Source: Eledone cirrhosa
Lineage: Eukaryota
DNA length: 64,000 bases
Reading direction: 5' to 3'
NCBI GenBank assembly: GCA_964016885.1
Contig: OZ024740.1
Location: forward strand, 250,480,001 to 250,544,000
Below the pieces are notes generated by a model, which saw nothing but the letters and a program-made list of their open reading frames with translations, was not told the origin of the DNA and searched no databases. How positions within the stretch are numbered: the first letter of the stretch is position 1; each line of letters starts with the position of its first letter. This document shows, in pieces, positions 30,195 through 42,500 of this stretch. The position numbers were made by a program, and so were the translations under genes.

Positions 30195-33100
30195 GGCAAC
30201 AATAATGATTTCATTTATTAGCCACAAGGACGGCGTGTAGGGGACAATACAAAGACAGGGACAGTGGGGGTTTACAATAAGGTCGAGTAAAAGTGCACAA
30301 TGGCAACAATAATTTAACAATGAAGATATAAAAATATAAAATAAACTATGCATAAATATAACAAAATAAATTCCCCTATAGGGGGTGGACGACCCAGGGG
30401 TGACTCAGGTACCCCACCAATCCTGAACCACCCTGCGCTTCTAGGGCACCCAGGGAGAGCACCCCTCTCCGCAAGTTAGCTAGCCTATAAGCGCATGATC
30501 AGAGTAGGCCCATTCACACGGGCCATTCTCACCACATTCATCCACCTTTTAGCAAATGTACTGGGGGGGGGGGAGCACTTCTCTCTCCACCCTCACCTTC
30601 TTTTCCAGGTGAAACTTGAAGAAGTTGATGAGGGGCTGGCCGAAGAGAAAAGTGTCTGTCTTCAGTCCTTTTAATCTGGTCACTATATAACCTCTTTCGC
30701 AACGGCCACCAGACAGAGGAAAATTGCCTGCTCTTCCTGACCTAAGGAAGGCGGCGGGTCAATCTTCACAATGGACTCGGCTGATAGCCGGATTCGTTCC
30801 ACACGCGACAGTAGCTGTTCGACATAACTCCACAAGTCAGTAATGCACGGACATTGGACAAGTGCATGCAGAACGGTTTCGTCGCTCTGTGCGCATCTTG
30901 GGCAGGTCCGTCTGATAGCACTTCCGTGCCTGTAGAGTTTATCCCGAACCGGCAGTTCCCCCCGGTAGCACTGACAAGCGAGGGATTTCTGGAAATTGTC
31001 CATCGTCGCCGGCTCGAAAGTCCTCCGGTACAGACTGGTCAGTTGGACTTCGTCGAGGCCCAAGAAGTTGATGAGGGATTGGCCGAAAAGAAAAGTGTTT
31101 GTATTCAATCCTTTCAATCTGGTCCACCATATAATCTCTTTCGTAACTGCCACCAGACAGGAGAAAATTGCCTGCCCTTCCTGGCCAAATGAAAGCGGCG
31201 GGTCGATCTTCACTACGGATCCGCTCTACACGCGACAATAGCTGTTCGACATAACTCCACAAGTCTGACAGCACTTCCGTACTTGTAGGGTTTATCCCGA
31301 ACCGGCAGTGCCCCCCGGTAGCATTGCCAAGCGAGGAATTTCTGTAAATTGTCCATCGTCCCCGGCTCGAAAGTCCTCCGGTTATGACTGGTCAGTTCGA
31401 CTTCGTCGAGGCCCAAAGCTTCTCCGAACGCGTCATCGCACTTGCCCACCACTAATCCTCTATAGAACTCGAGAGTGGAAGTTCCACTAATCGCATTGCC
31501 CGCTTGGTAGAGGGAAGTGAGTTCCTGGCAACATTCCAGGTGCCAGTCACCCAGTCTCGTCTATTCTTTACCCAGGACTGCAGCTCAGTCAAAGAAACGA
31601 GCTGCTGAAAGGCCCGTCTGATAAACGGCGACCATACCTGTTCACCGTTTAGGCAGAATATCTGGAGATGTCGCAGCCTCAGCGCATGTCTGCGCATCAT
31701 TAGCCACGGCATGCTCACCCCTCCGCGTAGAGAGAGCTGGCAGCAGTAGTAGATGACGGACGCGATGTACGCATTCGCCACCTCCGCGCGACCTTTCAGT
31801 GATAGTTTCCTCCCAGCCCATTTTAGGGTGAGACTGGCTACTCTGCTCGTTACCTCGTCCCAATTCTTTTCCACCTGGAGGTCTGGTCCGAACCAAACCC
31901 CGAGCAACTTTACCGGTCCGTCCGTCCAGCGCCCCACGACTCTGTTGGACAGCATAAGCTTGCCTCTCCAGGTTCCGAGCTGCAAGCCCACCGACTTTTC
32001 CGAGTTAAGCTTGGATCCTGTCAACCTTTCATATTCCTTCAATAAGGTGCCGACCACCTCGATTTCTGAGGTGTCCCACACCATCACGGTGATGTTATCC
32101 GCATAAGCCGACACCGCCTTTCCACGTCCCGGTTCGAGTGGTATGCCCTGCAACAGCTTCAGCTTCCGCAGGCTCGAGAGTCAATACGTACAGAAGGGAA
32201 GAGAGAGGGCACCCTTGACGGACCGATCGGGAGAGCCGAAATGGTTCCGAGAGGTGGCCATTAACCTTGACCACCGAGCGTGTGCCGCTGTGCATTGCAG
32301 CGATCCAGCTTCTGAAGACAGGGCCGAAGCCAGCTGCTTTGAGGACAAACTCCAGATACCAATGGTCGACCCTATCGAATGATTTCGATTGATCTAAATT
32401 GATCAGTGCCCCAACGAAGCCAGGTTTACACCCTACCTTCTCTATGATGTATCGCATGAGGTGGAGATTGTCGAGTATGGACCTGGCTGGGATTGCACAA
32501 GTTTGCGCCTCCCCAACCAAATCCTCGACGACAAGCACCAATCTCTTTGCTAACACCTTGGCCAAAATCTTAAACTCTGTGTTGAGCAGAGTTATGGGCC
32601 TGAAGTTGTCTAATGTATCCCTCTTGTTCTCATCTTTCCTTATCACCTGCTCACAGAACTGTGAATACTCCCATTCTGCTGCCAGTTGCAGTAGAGTGCT
32701 TCGAGGAGATCGGAGAACAAGTCTGGCACATTTACGTAAAGCTCATAGGGCAGGCCATCCAAACCGGGTGACTTGCGCCTCGTGCAACCGACAAGGGCGT
32801 CCTGAATTTCGGCTGAAGTAATCGGCCTTTCGCAGCGCTCAGCGTCGACCGTCGAGATTCGCGGCAAGCCGTCAAGGTAGGGACTGAAATCCGCTACTCT
32901 CTCTGACTGGCCACTCCCCCTGAACAACCGAGCAAAGTGCTGGCAAAAGGCCTCACACATCCGCTTGGAATCGCTTATCTCGTCTACGCCTCGGTCCGCC
33001 AAATGCCGAAATGTGGATTTATTACCACGCCGTGCCTCCGTCACGCGGGCCCATCGAACAGCTTTAGTTCCCTCGTTTCTCAGCGCACGCGCCTTAGCTC

Positions 33101-34221
33101 TGACAATGCAACCTTTGTGTTTCGCATTGAAGAAATAGTCTAATGCCATTCTCGCCGCTAGCACCTCTGTTGCAATGCCACTACAAATAGCCTCGTCTAA
33201 CTTATCTACCAGCTCCCCCTCCCTTCTATTTTTCTCTAACGCTAGTTCTTTGCTGAACTCTATCGATGTTACTCTAATCTCTCTTTTGTGAGCCCCACCA
33301 TCTGTTGTTGATGATCCCCCCTGACAAATTTTGCTTAACTAAATTGTTGACTCGGTCCCTGTAAGCCTTACGTGCCGGAAATGACATGTTCAGCTTCCAG
33401 TAACCCGGTCCCAACCTACGCGTTTTATCTAGGTCGACTCAACAGATCACAAATTTGTGATCTGAATAGGTGACCGTTTTAAAAATTGGGCAGCCTACAC
33501 CATTTCTATCTATTTTCCTAATAAAGATCCTGTCTACATACGATCTAGATGACTCTATGCGGCTGGTCTACGCCCAAACTGGCGCATTGGGGAAATCTTT
33601 CGATACCTGTCAGACAGTTGGAACTGGCTGCTTAGGTGTTTGAGACTTTTGTACCCTCCGCTCCTATCAGCTACTCCCACACAATCCCAGCGTGCGTCTA
33701 AGATGCCATTCCAGTCCCCCGCTAAAAGTAGAAGACGAGACGTACCCAGAAAGCTTTCCAGGCGCCTAAAGTCCAGTCGTCCGGCCCCAGTAGGGGCGTA
33801 GACGGCCAGCAGTCTAAAGGCACCACCTTCGCTACTGCTCACATCCAGGACCACCAACTTACTGTCCGGGTCCCGGAAGATCGACCTTACCTCGAGATCC
33901 AAACCTTTCCTAAACAGCACTGCCACCCCACCTCCCATTCCCGGGCTGCTAACAGATGCGAAGATCTGATAGTCGTCGAAATTGGGGGCTAGTGCGCGCA
34001 TGTCGGAAATCCTGGTCTCGCTGACGGTAATCACATCCATTTCCAGAGACCCGAGGTTATTTAGCAGGCGACCCTGCTTCCAGCGTGACCCCAGGCCGCG
34101 ATATTTAAACTTCCTACTCTTAATATGGCCATGTTGGCAAGCTAAAATAGAGAGGGAAGGTTTACTTACTCCCAAGGCTGTTGTGCAGGTAGGGTGGTTC
34201 GACCTACATGGTTGGGAACCC

Positions 34222-34222
<1 letters not shown>
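30195..34222 (-). mobile_element. L1/Tx1-clade LINE copy A (ORF1 lost; ORF2 pseudogene with a duplicated 3' segment)
   Basis: APE motifs VSETRI, GGGVAVL, VYAP, AGDWN; RT motifs KSPGLDG, NFRPITLLN, RQGCPLS, AYAD; C-terminal CPRC..ETVLHALVQC; AATAAA then ATT tail. Confidence 0.92.

Positions 34223-34259
<37 letters not shown>
34223..34259. repeat. (AAT)n junction between LINE copies A and B
   Basis: Seen directly. Confidence 0.95.
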
Positions 34260-34260
<1 letters not shown>

Positions 34261-37200
34261 CTTTCTTTATTAACCACAAGGGTTTACATAAAGTAGACAT
34301 TAAGGACAGTACAGGACAATACAGGACGGTACAAATGGGCATTTCTGCGTGTCAAAAAAACAGAGGATGTACTAAAAAAATAACAATGAAAAATTCCCCA
34401 ATAGGGGGGAGACTTCCGAGGGACATTTGTGGAGAAAGGCCATTAAAAGGCCACAGTGAACCTGACCACCAAGGCAAGTGCCCTCTCCCAGTTTTCCACC
34501 TTTAATTTACAGACAGATACTCAGAGTAGGCCTATTCACACGGGCCATACTTGCTTCTCTCACCCATCTTTCAACAAAATGCTGGGAAGAGAGCACTTCC
34601 CTCTCTACCCTGATTTTCCTTTTCAAATGAAATTTGAAAAAGTCAATCAGAGCATCACCGAAGAGGTGAGTGCTCGTCTTCAGCCCTTTCAAACGTGTCC
34701 ACCATACTATCTCTTTCGCCATGGCCACCAGACAGATAAAAACTGCCTGCCCTTCCCGACTAAAGGAAGGGGGCGGGGCAATCCTCACGATGGACTCAGC
34801 TGATAGCTGGATCCGTCCTACACGTGACAGCAGGTGTTCGAAATAAACCCACAAGTCAGCAATGCTCGGACACTGTACAAGTGCGTTCAGGACGGTTTCG
34901 TCGCCCTGCACGCATCTCGGACATGCCCGGCTGACGGCACCTCCATGCCTGTAGAGTTTATCCCGAACTGGCAAAGCTCCACGGTAGCACAGCCAGGCCA
35001 GGGATTTCTGGAAGTTGTCCATAGGCCCCGGCCCGAAAGTCCTTCCGAAGAGATTGGCTAGTTGATTTTCGTTGACGCCTAGAGTTTCTCCAAGTACTTC
35101 GTCGCTCTTCCCCTCCACTAATCCTCTATAGAACGACAAGGTGGAGTTTCCACCGATCACATTGCCCGATTGGTCGAGGGCTGTGAGCGCCTGAAGACAT
35201 TCCAGTCTCCAAGCGCTCCCTCTCGGTCTTCGCTTGACCCAGGACTGCAGCTCCGTCAAGGAGACGAGCTGGGGAAATACGTGTCTAGCAAACGGCGACC
35301 ACACCTGATCACCGTCGAGGAAGAGGTGGAGATGTCGTAGCCTGAGCGCGTGTCTGCTCATCATCAGCCACGCCATGCCCAGCCCTCCACGTAGCGGGTG
35401 TTGACAGCAGATGGACCGCCTGACATATCGGAGCGCGTCCCTTCCACAAGAAGCGAAAGAGCAAACGCTCCAGCGCAGTCAGGCTGGGCTTAGGACAAGG
35501 TATGACGGTCAGGCGGTAGTAGATGATGGACGCGATGTACGCGTTAGCCACCTCCGCTCGACCTTTCAGGGATAGCTTCCTCTCGGCCCATTTCTGGGTG
35601 AGATAAACCACCCTGCTCGTCACCTCGTCCCAGTTTTTGTCCGTCTGGAGGTCTGGACCGAACCAGACCCCTAGCAATTTAACCGGTCCGTCCGTCCAGC
35701 GCCCGACGACGCTGTTGGACGGCATGGACCTGCCTCTTCAGGTGCCGAGTGCAGGCCCACTGACTTTTCCTGGTTGATCATTGCTCTTGTCACCGCTTCG
35801 TCTTCTCTTAGTGTAGTGCCGATCGCCTCGATGTGTTTGGCGTTCGACACCACTACGGTGACATCGTCGGCATATGCTGACACGGATCTTCCGCATCCTA
35901 GTTCGCGCGGGACCCCCCTCAACGTCTCCAATTTGTGCAGTAATGGCTCGAGAGTCAATACGTACAATAGGGACGAGAGGGGACATCCTTGGCGGACCGA
36001 GCGCATGATGTTGAACGGTTCCGAAAGGTGACCGTTCACGTAAAGTTAATAGGGCAGACCATCCAAACCAGGCGATTTACCCCTTGTGCAACCAGTCATT
36101 GCCTCCCGGAGTTCAGCGGTTGTTATCGGCTTTTCGCAAAGCTCCGCCTCAGTGGCCGAGAGCCGCGGCAGTCCGTCGAGGTAGACACTAAAGTCCATCC
36201 CTCAATCCGGCCCGCCACTGCCCCCGAACAGTTGAGCGAAGTGTCGCTGAAAAGCTTCACACATTTGCCCGGGATCGAGTAGCATGCGCTCGTCGTGGTC
36301 CACCAAAGACCGGATCGTGGCTTTGTTGCCACGACGCGCCTCAGCCACTCGGGCCCATTGAACGGCTTTCGTCCCCTCGTGTCTGAGAGCACGCACCCTA
36401 GATCTGACAACGCAGCCTTCGTGCTTTGCATTGAAGAATTGGTCAAGGGCCAATTTCGCCGCAAGCACGTCGCTAATCCGGTCTCTGTAGGCCTTGCGCG
36501 CTGGTAAGGACGCGTTTAGCTTCCAGTAGCCGGGTCCTCGTCTATGAAGCCTATCTAAGTCAAGCACACAGATCACGAATTTGTGGTCCGTGTAGCTGAC
36601 TATCTTGAATTGTGGACAGCCTATGCTAGACCTATCTATTTCCCTACAAAATACTCTATCTAGATATGATCTGGATGACCCTATGCGATTTGTGCAAGTC
36701 CACATTGGTACATTCGGGAAATCCATTTGGTACCTGTCAGACAGTTCAAAACGCCTGAGAAGGTTGGTGAGACTCTTGCACCCTCCTTCCCTCTCCACTA
36801 ATCCCACACAATCCCAGCGTGCATCTAAGATCCCGTTCCAGTCGCCCACTAACACTAAAGAGCGGGACGTTCCAAGAAAGGTCTCCAGACGCCGGAAGAA
36901 ATCAGGCCGCACTGCTCCTGTCGGGGCATAGACGGTCACTAACCTGAAAGCTTGCCCGTCTCCGCTGGTCACGTCCAGCACCACCAACTTACCCTCTGGG
37001 TCTATAAGATGGCCCGTATGGCAAGATCCAAACCTCTCCGGAAAAGCACAGTAACTCCTCCCCCCGATCCAGGACGGCTGTGAGATGCGTACACATCGTA
37101 GCCGCCGAAGATCGTTGCGAATGCCCGTGGTTCGGAGATTCTGGTCTCGCTGATGGCCACTACATCTATGTTTAGTGACCTGAGGTCGTTGAACAGGTGG

Positions 37201-39506
37201 CCCTGCTTCCATGACGACCCCAACCCACGCGCATTTATGCTGCCTATTCTGAGTGAGGTCATGTTGAAAAGGAGTGGAAAAGATGGGAAAGACCACTTAC
37301 CTTACTTCTCGTAGAGGAAGGACGGTTTTTCCATCCTTTTCACTGCTTGTGGCCTCCTCAGGAAGGATGTCCTTATAAATCCTCCTGGAGAGTGCTTGTC
37401 GGAAGTCTCCGATGTCTTTAGGGAATTTTTGTTTTAGTGTCACGTACGTTTTCTGTGTGATGCGAGTGATTTGTATGTGTGGAGGTGGTGTGAATTTTTG
37501 GGTTGTTGTATAGTCTTTTTCTGTGATGCTGGTGTTGTGTTGGATGTAGTGTAATAATTGCTTGTTGTTAAAATTTAATGCTGTGTAGTGTGTATCGTTT
37601 TGGTTGTTTTGTTTTGATTGCGTTTGTTGTGGGTTTGTTTCTGTTTCGCATTTTGGTGACTTTTGTGGTGTAGGTGATGGTGGTGTTGGGGTTAATGATG
37701 GTGATGGTGTTGGTGTTTGGGTTGATGGGGTTGGTGATGCTGGTGTGGATGGTGGCATATCTGTCCTAACTTTTTTGTTTGTTAATTTATTTGTTTCCCT
37801 CTGTATTTTGTTTTTGGAGGGGGAAGGAAGAGAATTTTTTCTTTCTTGGTTTCTTTTTTTTTCCTGATACCGTTTCCCACTCCTCGTCGTCACAATCTGT
37901 CTCCAGTTGTGATAGGCCGGGGAGTGGAAAATCCTCCACAGGCGTTAGTTTTGGTTGTGGCGTGGTGGATGGTGTAGGCGCTGGTGCTAGTTCTGAAGCG
38001 TTGGTTGGTGGTGGTGTTGGTTTTACTGGTGGTGGTGGTGTTGGTTTTGCTACTGTTGCTGGGGTTGTTGCTGTTATAGTTGCTTCTGTTGTTGCTGCTA
38101 CAGTTGTTGCTGCCATCTCTGCTACTGGTGGTGTTGATGGTTGTGTCACTGGGGTGGGTAGGAGAGGTGGCCTCAACCTTTTAGCCTGAGGGCAGAAAGC
38201 CCTTAGGTGGGTTCCTTCACCACAAACGACACACCTAGGCCTTCTGCCCTCGACAATTACGGTGAGGTGGCTGCCGTCAGTGAGGTCTATTACCTCTGGG
38301 ATCTCCTCAATGCTTTTTTGGTCCGCTTGGACCAGAAGCTCCATCCCAGATCCGGACCAGTTCTCCTGCTTTTCTTTTGCTATTGCTATTATCTTTGTGC
38401 TGGCTTCCATGCCGGCGAGGACGGCCGCTATTAGCCAGGGAATTTCGATGGCCGGTGGAACGTGGGTCACCCTGATCTTTACGAGTCTCTGGCCACAACA
38501 GCTTGGGACGAGTGTGAAGTCGTCACTTCTTAATGGGGCCATGGAGTGTTCTCTAACCTCCTCTGCTGTTTCAAAGAACACATCCACGGTTCCATACTTC
38601 TGCCCACGTCTGATGTGGGTTTTTCTTGCCCACACATGTCCCAAAGCTTTTTGTATTTGGGACTCGGATGCCCGTTCCACTCGGCGCGATTTTACATTTA
38701 TTGTTCGATACGACACGGTGCATAGGCGCCGATGCTCCATTTTATTAGGTGGGGGAGGGGGGGGGGAGGAGACTGACCCTGTACCCATCTTTCTTTACCA
38801 TTTGTTTGGCATTTTCTAATTCCTCCTGAGTTACCGTAAATGGTTCGCACTGTTTTGCTACTCTGGCAAAACTCAGGGTGGTTTTTTAATGTCATTGTTG
38901 TTGTTGTTGCTATCGTTATTTTTGTTATTATTAATTTTAGTTTCAGTTGTGGTGGTGGTGACGTCAGTGAAGTTCGGTTTGGGAGAGTTCATTTTGGTTG
39001 AAAATATTTCGACATCACGAGTTGATTTTTTTTTTTGTTTCTGTTGTCGCGGTGGTGGTGGGGGTGGTGGTTGTCGCGGTGGTGGTGGTGGTGGTGGTGG
39101 TGGTGGAGGCTTTAACACCTGCAGTCATTGGTAATGGCGGGAAATGAATGTCTGCCTGAGACAAATTTAAAATATTGCTAGTGCTTAAATTGTGTGTGTT
39201 GGCAGACGTAGTACCATTTACAATGGTGGTGTCGGTGTGAGGTGTTAATTTGTGAGGAAGGCTTTCAGCTGCTTGGTGCAGTGGTGAATTAGCCATTTCC
39301 TTCCAAAGAAATTTTTTGATAATCATAAAAGTTTAAATTTTGGGCACAAGGCCCCAATCTTTTTGGGTGTCCTTTTCGGAAAAACAATGTATGTGGGCTT
39401 ATATATAGTTAACAATAAAAATTTTCCATAAATGGCAATTTTTAACAAACGGAAATAACAAACCTTTGCGGAGCTCACGATGATACGATTTACTACGTAG
39501 GTCGCC
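34260..39506 (-). mobile_element. L1/Tx1-clade LINE copy B (5' region, ORF1, ORF2 with internal deletions)
   Basis: ORF1 with RRM-like region and CVVCGEGTHLRAFC knuckle; ORF2 starts MTSLRIGSINARGL at 37262 with APE, RT and CCHC motifs. Confidence 0.93.
37297..38788 (-). pseudogene. LINE ORF1 (RRM-like, CCHC knuckle, Pro/Thr linker, conserved C-terminal block), one frameshift at about 37860
   Basis: ORF track 37787-38788 plus 37297-37893; homologous to ORF1 of copies C, D and E. Confidence 0.85.
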
Positions 39507-39557
<51 letters not shown>

Positions 39558-39563
39558 AATAAT
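39507..39563. repeat. (AAT)n junction between LINE copies B and C
   Basis: Seen directly. Confidence 0.95.
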
Positions 39564-42500
39564 GTTTTCTTTATTAACCACAAGGGTTTACATAAAGTAG
39601 ACATTAAGGACAGTACAGGACGGTACAAATGGGCATTTCTGCGTGTAAAAAAACAGAGGATGTAATAAAGTAACAAAGAAAAATTCCGCAATAGGGGGAG
39701 ACTTCCGAGGGACATTTGTGGAGAAAGCCCAGTAAAAGGCCACAGTGACCCTGACCACCAAGGCAAGTGCCCTCTCCCAGTTTTCCACCTTTAATTTACA
39801 GATATATACTCAGAGTAGGCCCATTCACACGGGCCATTCTTGCTTCTCTCACCCATCTTTCAACAAAATGCTGGGAAGAGAGCACTTCCCTCTCTACTCT
39901 GCTTTTCCTTTTCAAATGAAATTTGAAAAAGTCAATCAGGGCATCACCGAAGAGGTAAGTGCTCGTCTTCAGCCCTTTCAAACGTGTCCACCATACTATC
40001 TCTTTCGCCATGGCCAACAGACAGATCACATTGCCCGATTGGTCGAGGGCTGTGAGCGCCTGAAGACATTCCAGTCTCCAAGCGCTCCCTCTCGGTCTTC
40101 GCTTGAACCAGGACTGCAGCTCCGTCAAGGAGACGAGCTGGGGAAATACGTGTCTAGCAAACGGCGACCACACCTGATCACCGTCGAGGAAGAGGTAGAG
40201 ATGTCGTAGCCTGAGCGCGTGTCTGCTCATCATCAGCCACGCCATGCCCAGCCCTCCACGTAACGGGTGTTGACAACAGATGGACCGCCTGACCATCGGA
40301 GCGCGTCCCTTCCACAAAAAGCGAAAGAGCAAACGCTCCAGCGCAGTCAGGCGAGGCTTAGGACAAGGTACGAGGGTCAGGCGGTAGCAGATGACAAACG
40401 CGATGTACGCGTTAGCCACCGCCGCTCGACCTTTCAGGGATAGTTTCCTCTCGGCCAATTTCTGGGTGAGAGAAGCCAACCTGCTCGTCACCTCGTCCCA
40501 GTTTATGTCCGTCTGGAGGTCCGGACCGAACCAGACCCCTAGCAATTTAACCGGTCCGTCTGTCCAGCGTCCGACGACGCTGTTGGACGGCATGGACCTG
40601 CCTCTCCAGGTGCCGAGCTGCAGACCCACTGACTTTTCCTGGTTGATCATTGCTCCTGTCACCGCTTCGTATTCTCTTAGTGTAGTGCCGATCGCCTCGG
40701 TGTGTTTGGCGTTCGACACCACTACGGTGGCATCGTCCGCATATGCTGACACGGATCTTCCGCATCCTAGTTCGCGCGGGACCCCCCTCAACGTCTCCAG
40801 TTTGTGCAGTAATGACTCGAGAGTCAATACGTACAATAGGGACGAGAGGGGACATCCTTGGCGGACCGAGCGCATGATGTTGAACGGTACCGACAGGTGA
40901 CTGTTCACTCTCACCACAGAGCAGATGTCGCTGTGCATGGCAGCGATCCAGCCTCTGAAGACGGGCCCAAAGCCAGCCGCCCCCAGGACTGCCGCTAGGT
41001 AACGATGGTCGACCCTATCGAAAGCTTTCGACTGATCTAAATTGATCAAGGACCCACCCGTGCCAGGTTCCCTAGCTACCCTCTCTACGATGTATCGCAT
41101 GAGGTGGAGGTTGTCGTGGATGGATCTGTCGGGAATGGCGCATGTCTGCGCCTCTCCCACCAGAACACCAACGACAAGCGCCAACCTCTTTGCTAGCACC
41201 TTGGCCAAAATCTTGAATTCTGTGTTTAGCAGAGTTATGGGCCGGAAATTATCTATGTTATCCCCCTTGTTCGGATCCTTTCTCAGCAGTGCCACCGCTC
41301 CTCGGCTCACAGAACTGGGAATTCTCCCGTTCTGTTGTCAGTTGCAGTAGACGTCCGCCAAGAGGCCTCCGAACAAGTCTGGCATCTGTACGTAAAGTTC
41401 ATAGGGCAGACCATCCAAACCAGGCGATTTACCCCTTGTGCAGCCAGTCATTGCCTCCCTTACTTCAGCGGCTGCTATCGGCTTTTCGGAACACTCCGCC
41501 TCAGTAGCCGAGAGCCGCGGCAGTCCGTCGAGGTGGACACTAAAGTCCATCCCTCGACCCGGCCCGCGCTGCCCCGGAACAGCTGAGCGAAGTGTCGCTG
41601 AAAAGCTTCGCACATTTGCCCGGGATCGCGTAGCATGCGCCCGTCGTGGTCCACCAAAGACCGGATCGTGGCTTTGTTGCCACGACGCGCCTCCGCCACT
41701 CGGGCCCATTGAACGGCTTTCGTCCCCTCGTGTCTGAGAGCATGCACCCTAGCTCTGACAACGCAGCTTTCGTGCTTTCTATTGAAGAATTGGTCAAGGG
41801 CCAATTTCGCCGCAAGCACGTCGGTCTCTGTAGGCCTTTGCTAAGCGCCTCGTCTAATTTTCTAACTAATTCTCCCTCTGCTCTATTTTTCTCTAATGCT
41901 AAAGCCTTACTAAACCTAATGGATTCTATTCTAATCGCTCTTTTCAGAGCAAACCACCACTTGTAGTTGACGATGGCCCCCGTCAACGCCCGCTTAACTA
42001 GTTCGCTAATCCGGTCTCTGTAGCCCTTGCACGCTGGTATGGACGCGTTTAGCTTCCAGTAGCCGGCTCCTCGTTTATGAAGCCTATCTAAGTCAAGCAC
42101 ACACATCACGAATTTGTGGTGCGTGTAGTTGACTATCTTGAATTGTGGACAGCCTATGCTAGACCTATCTATTTCCCTACAAAATACTCTATCTAGATAT
42201 GATCTGGATGACCCTATGCGGTTTGTCCAAGTCCACATTGGCACGTTCAGGAAATCCAATCGCTACCTGTCAGACAGTTCAAAACGCCTGAGCTGGTTGG
42301 TGAGGCTCTTGCACCCTCCACCCCTATCCGCTAATCCCACACAGTCCCAGCGTGCATCTAAGATCCCGTTCCAGTCGCCCACTAACACCAAAGAGCGGGA
42401 CATTCCAAGAAAGGTCTCCAGACGCCGGAAGAAATCAGGCCGCCCTGCTCCTGTCGGAGCATAGATGGCCACTAGCCTGAAAGCTTGCCCGTCTCCGCTG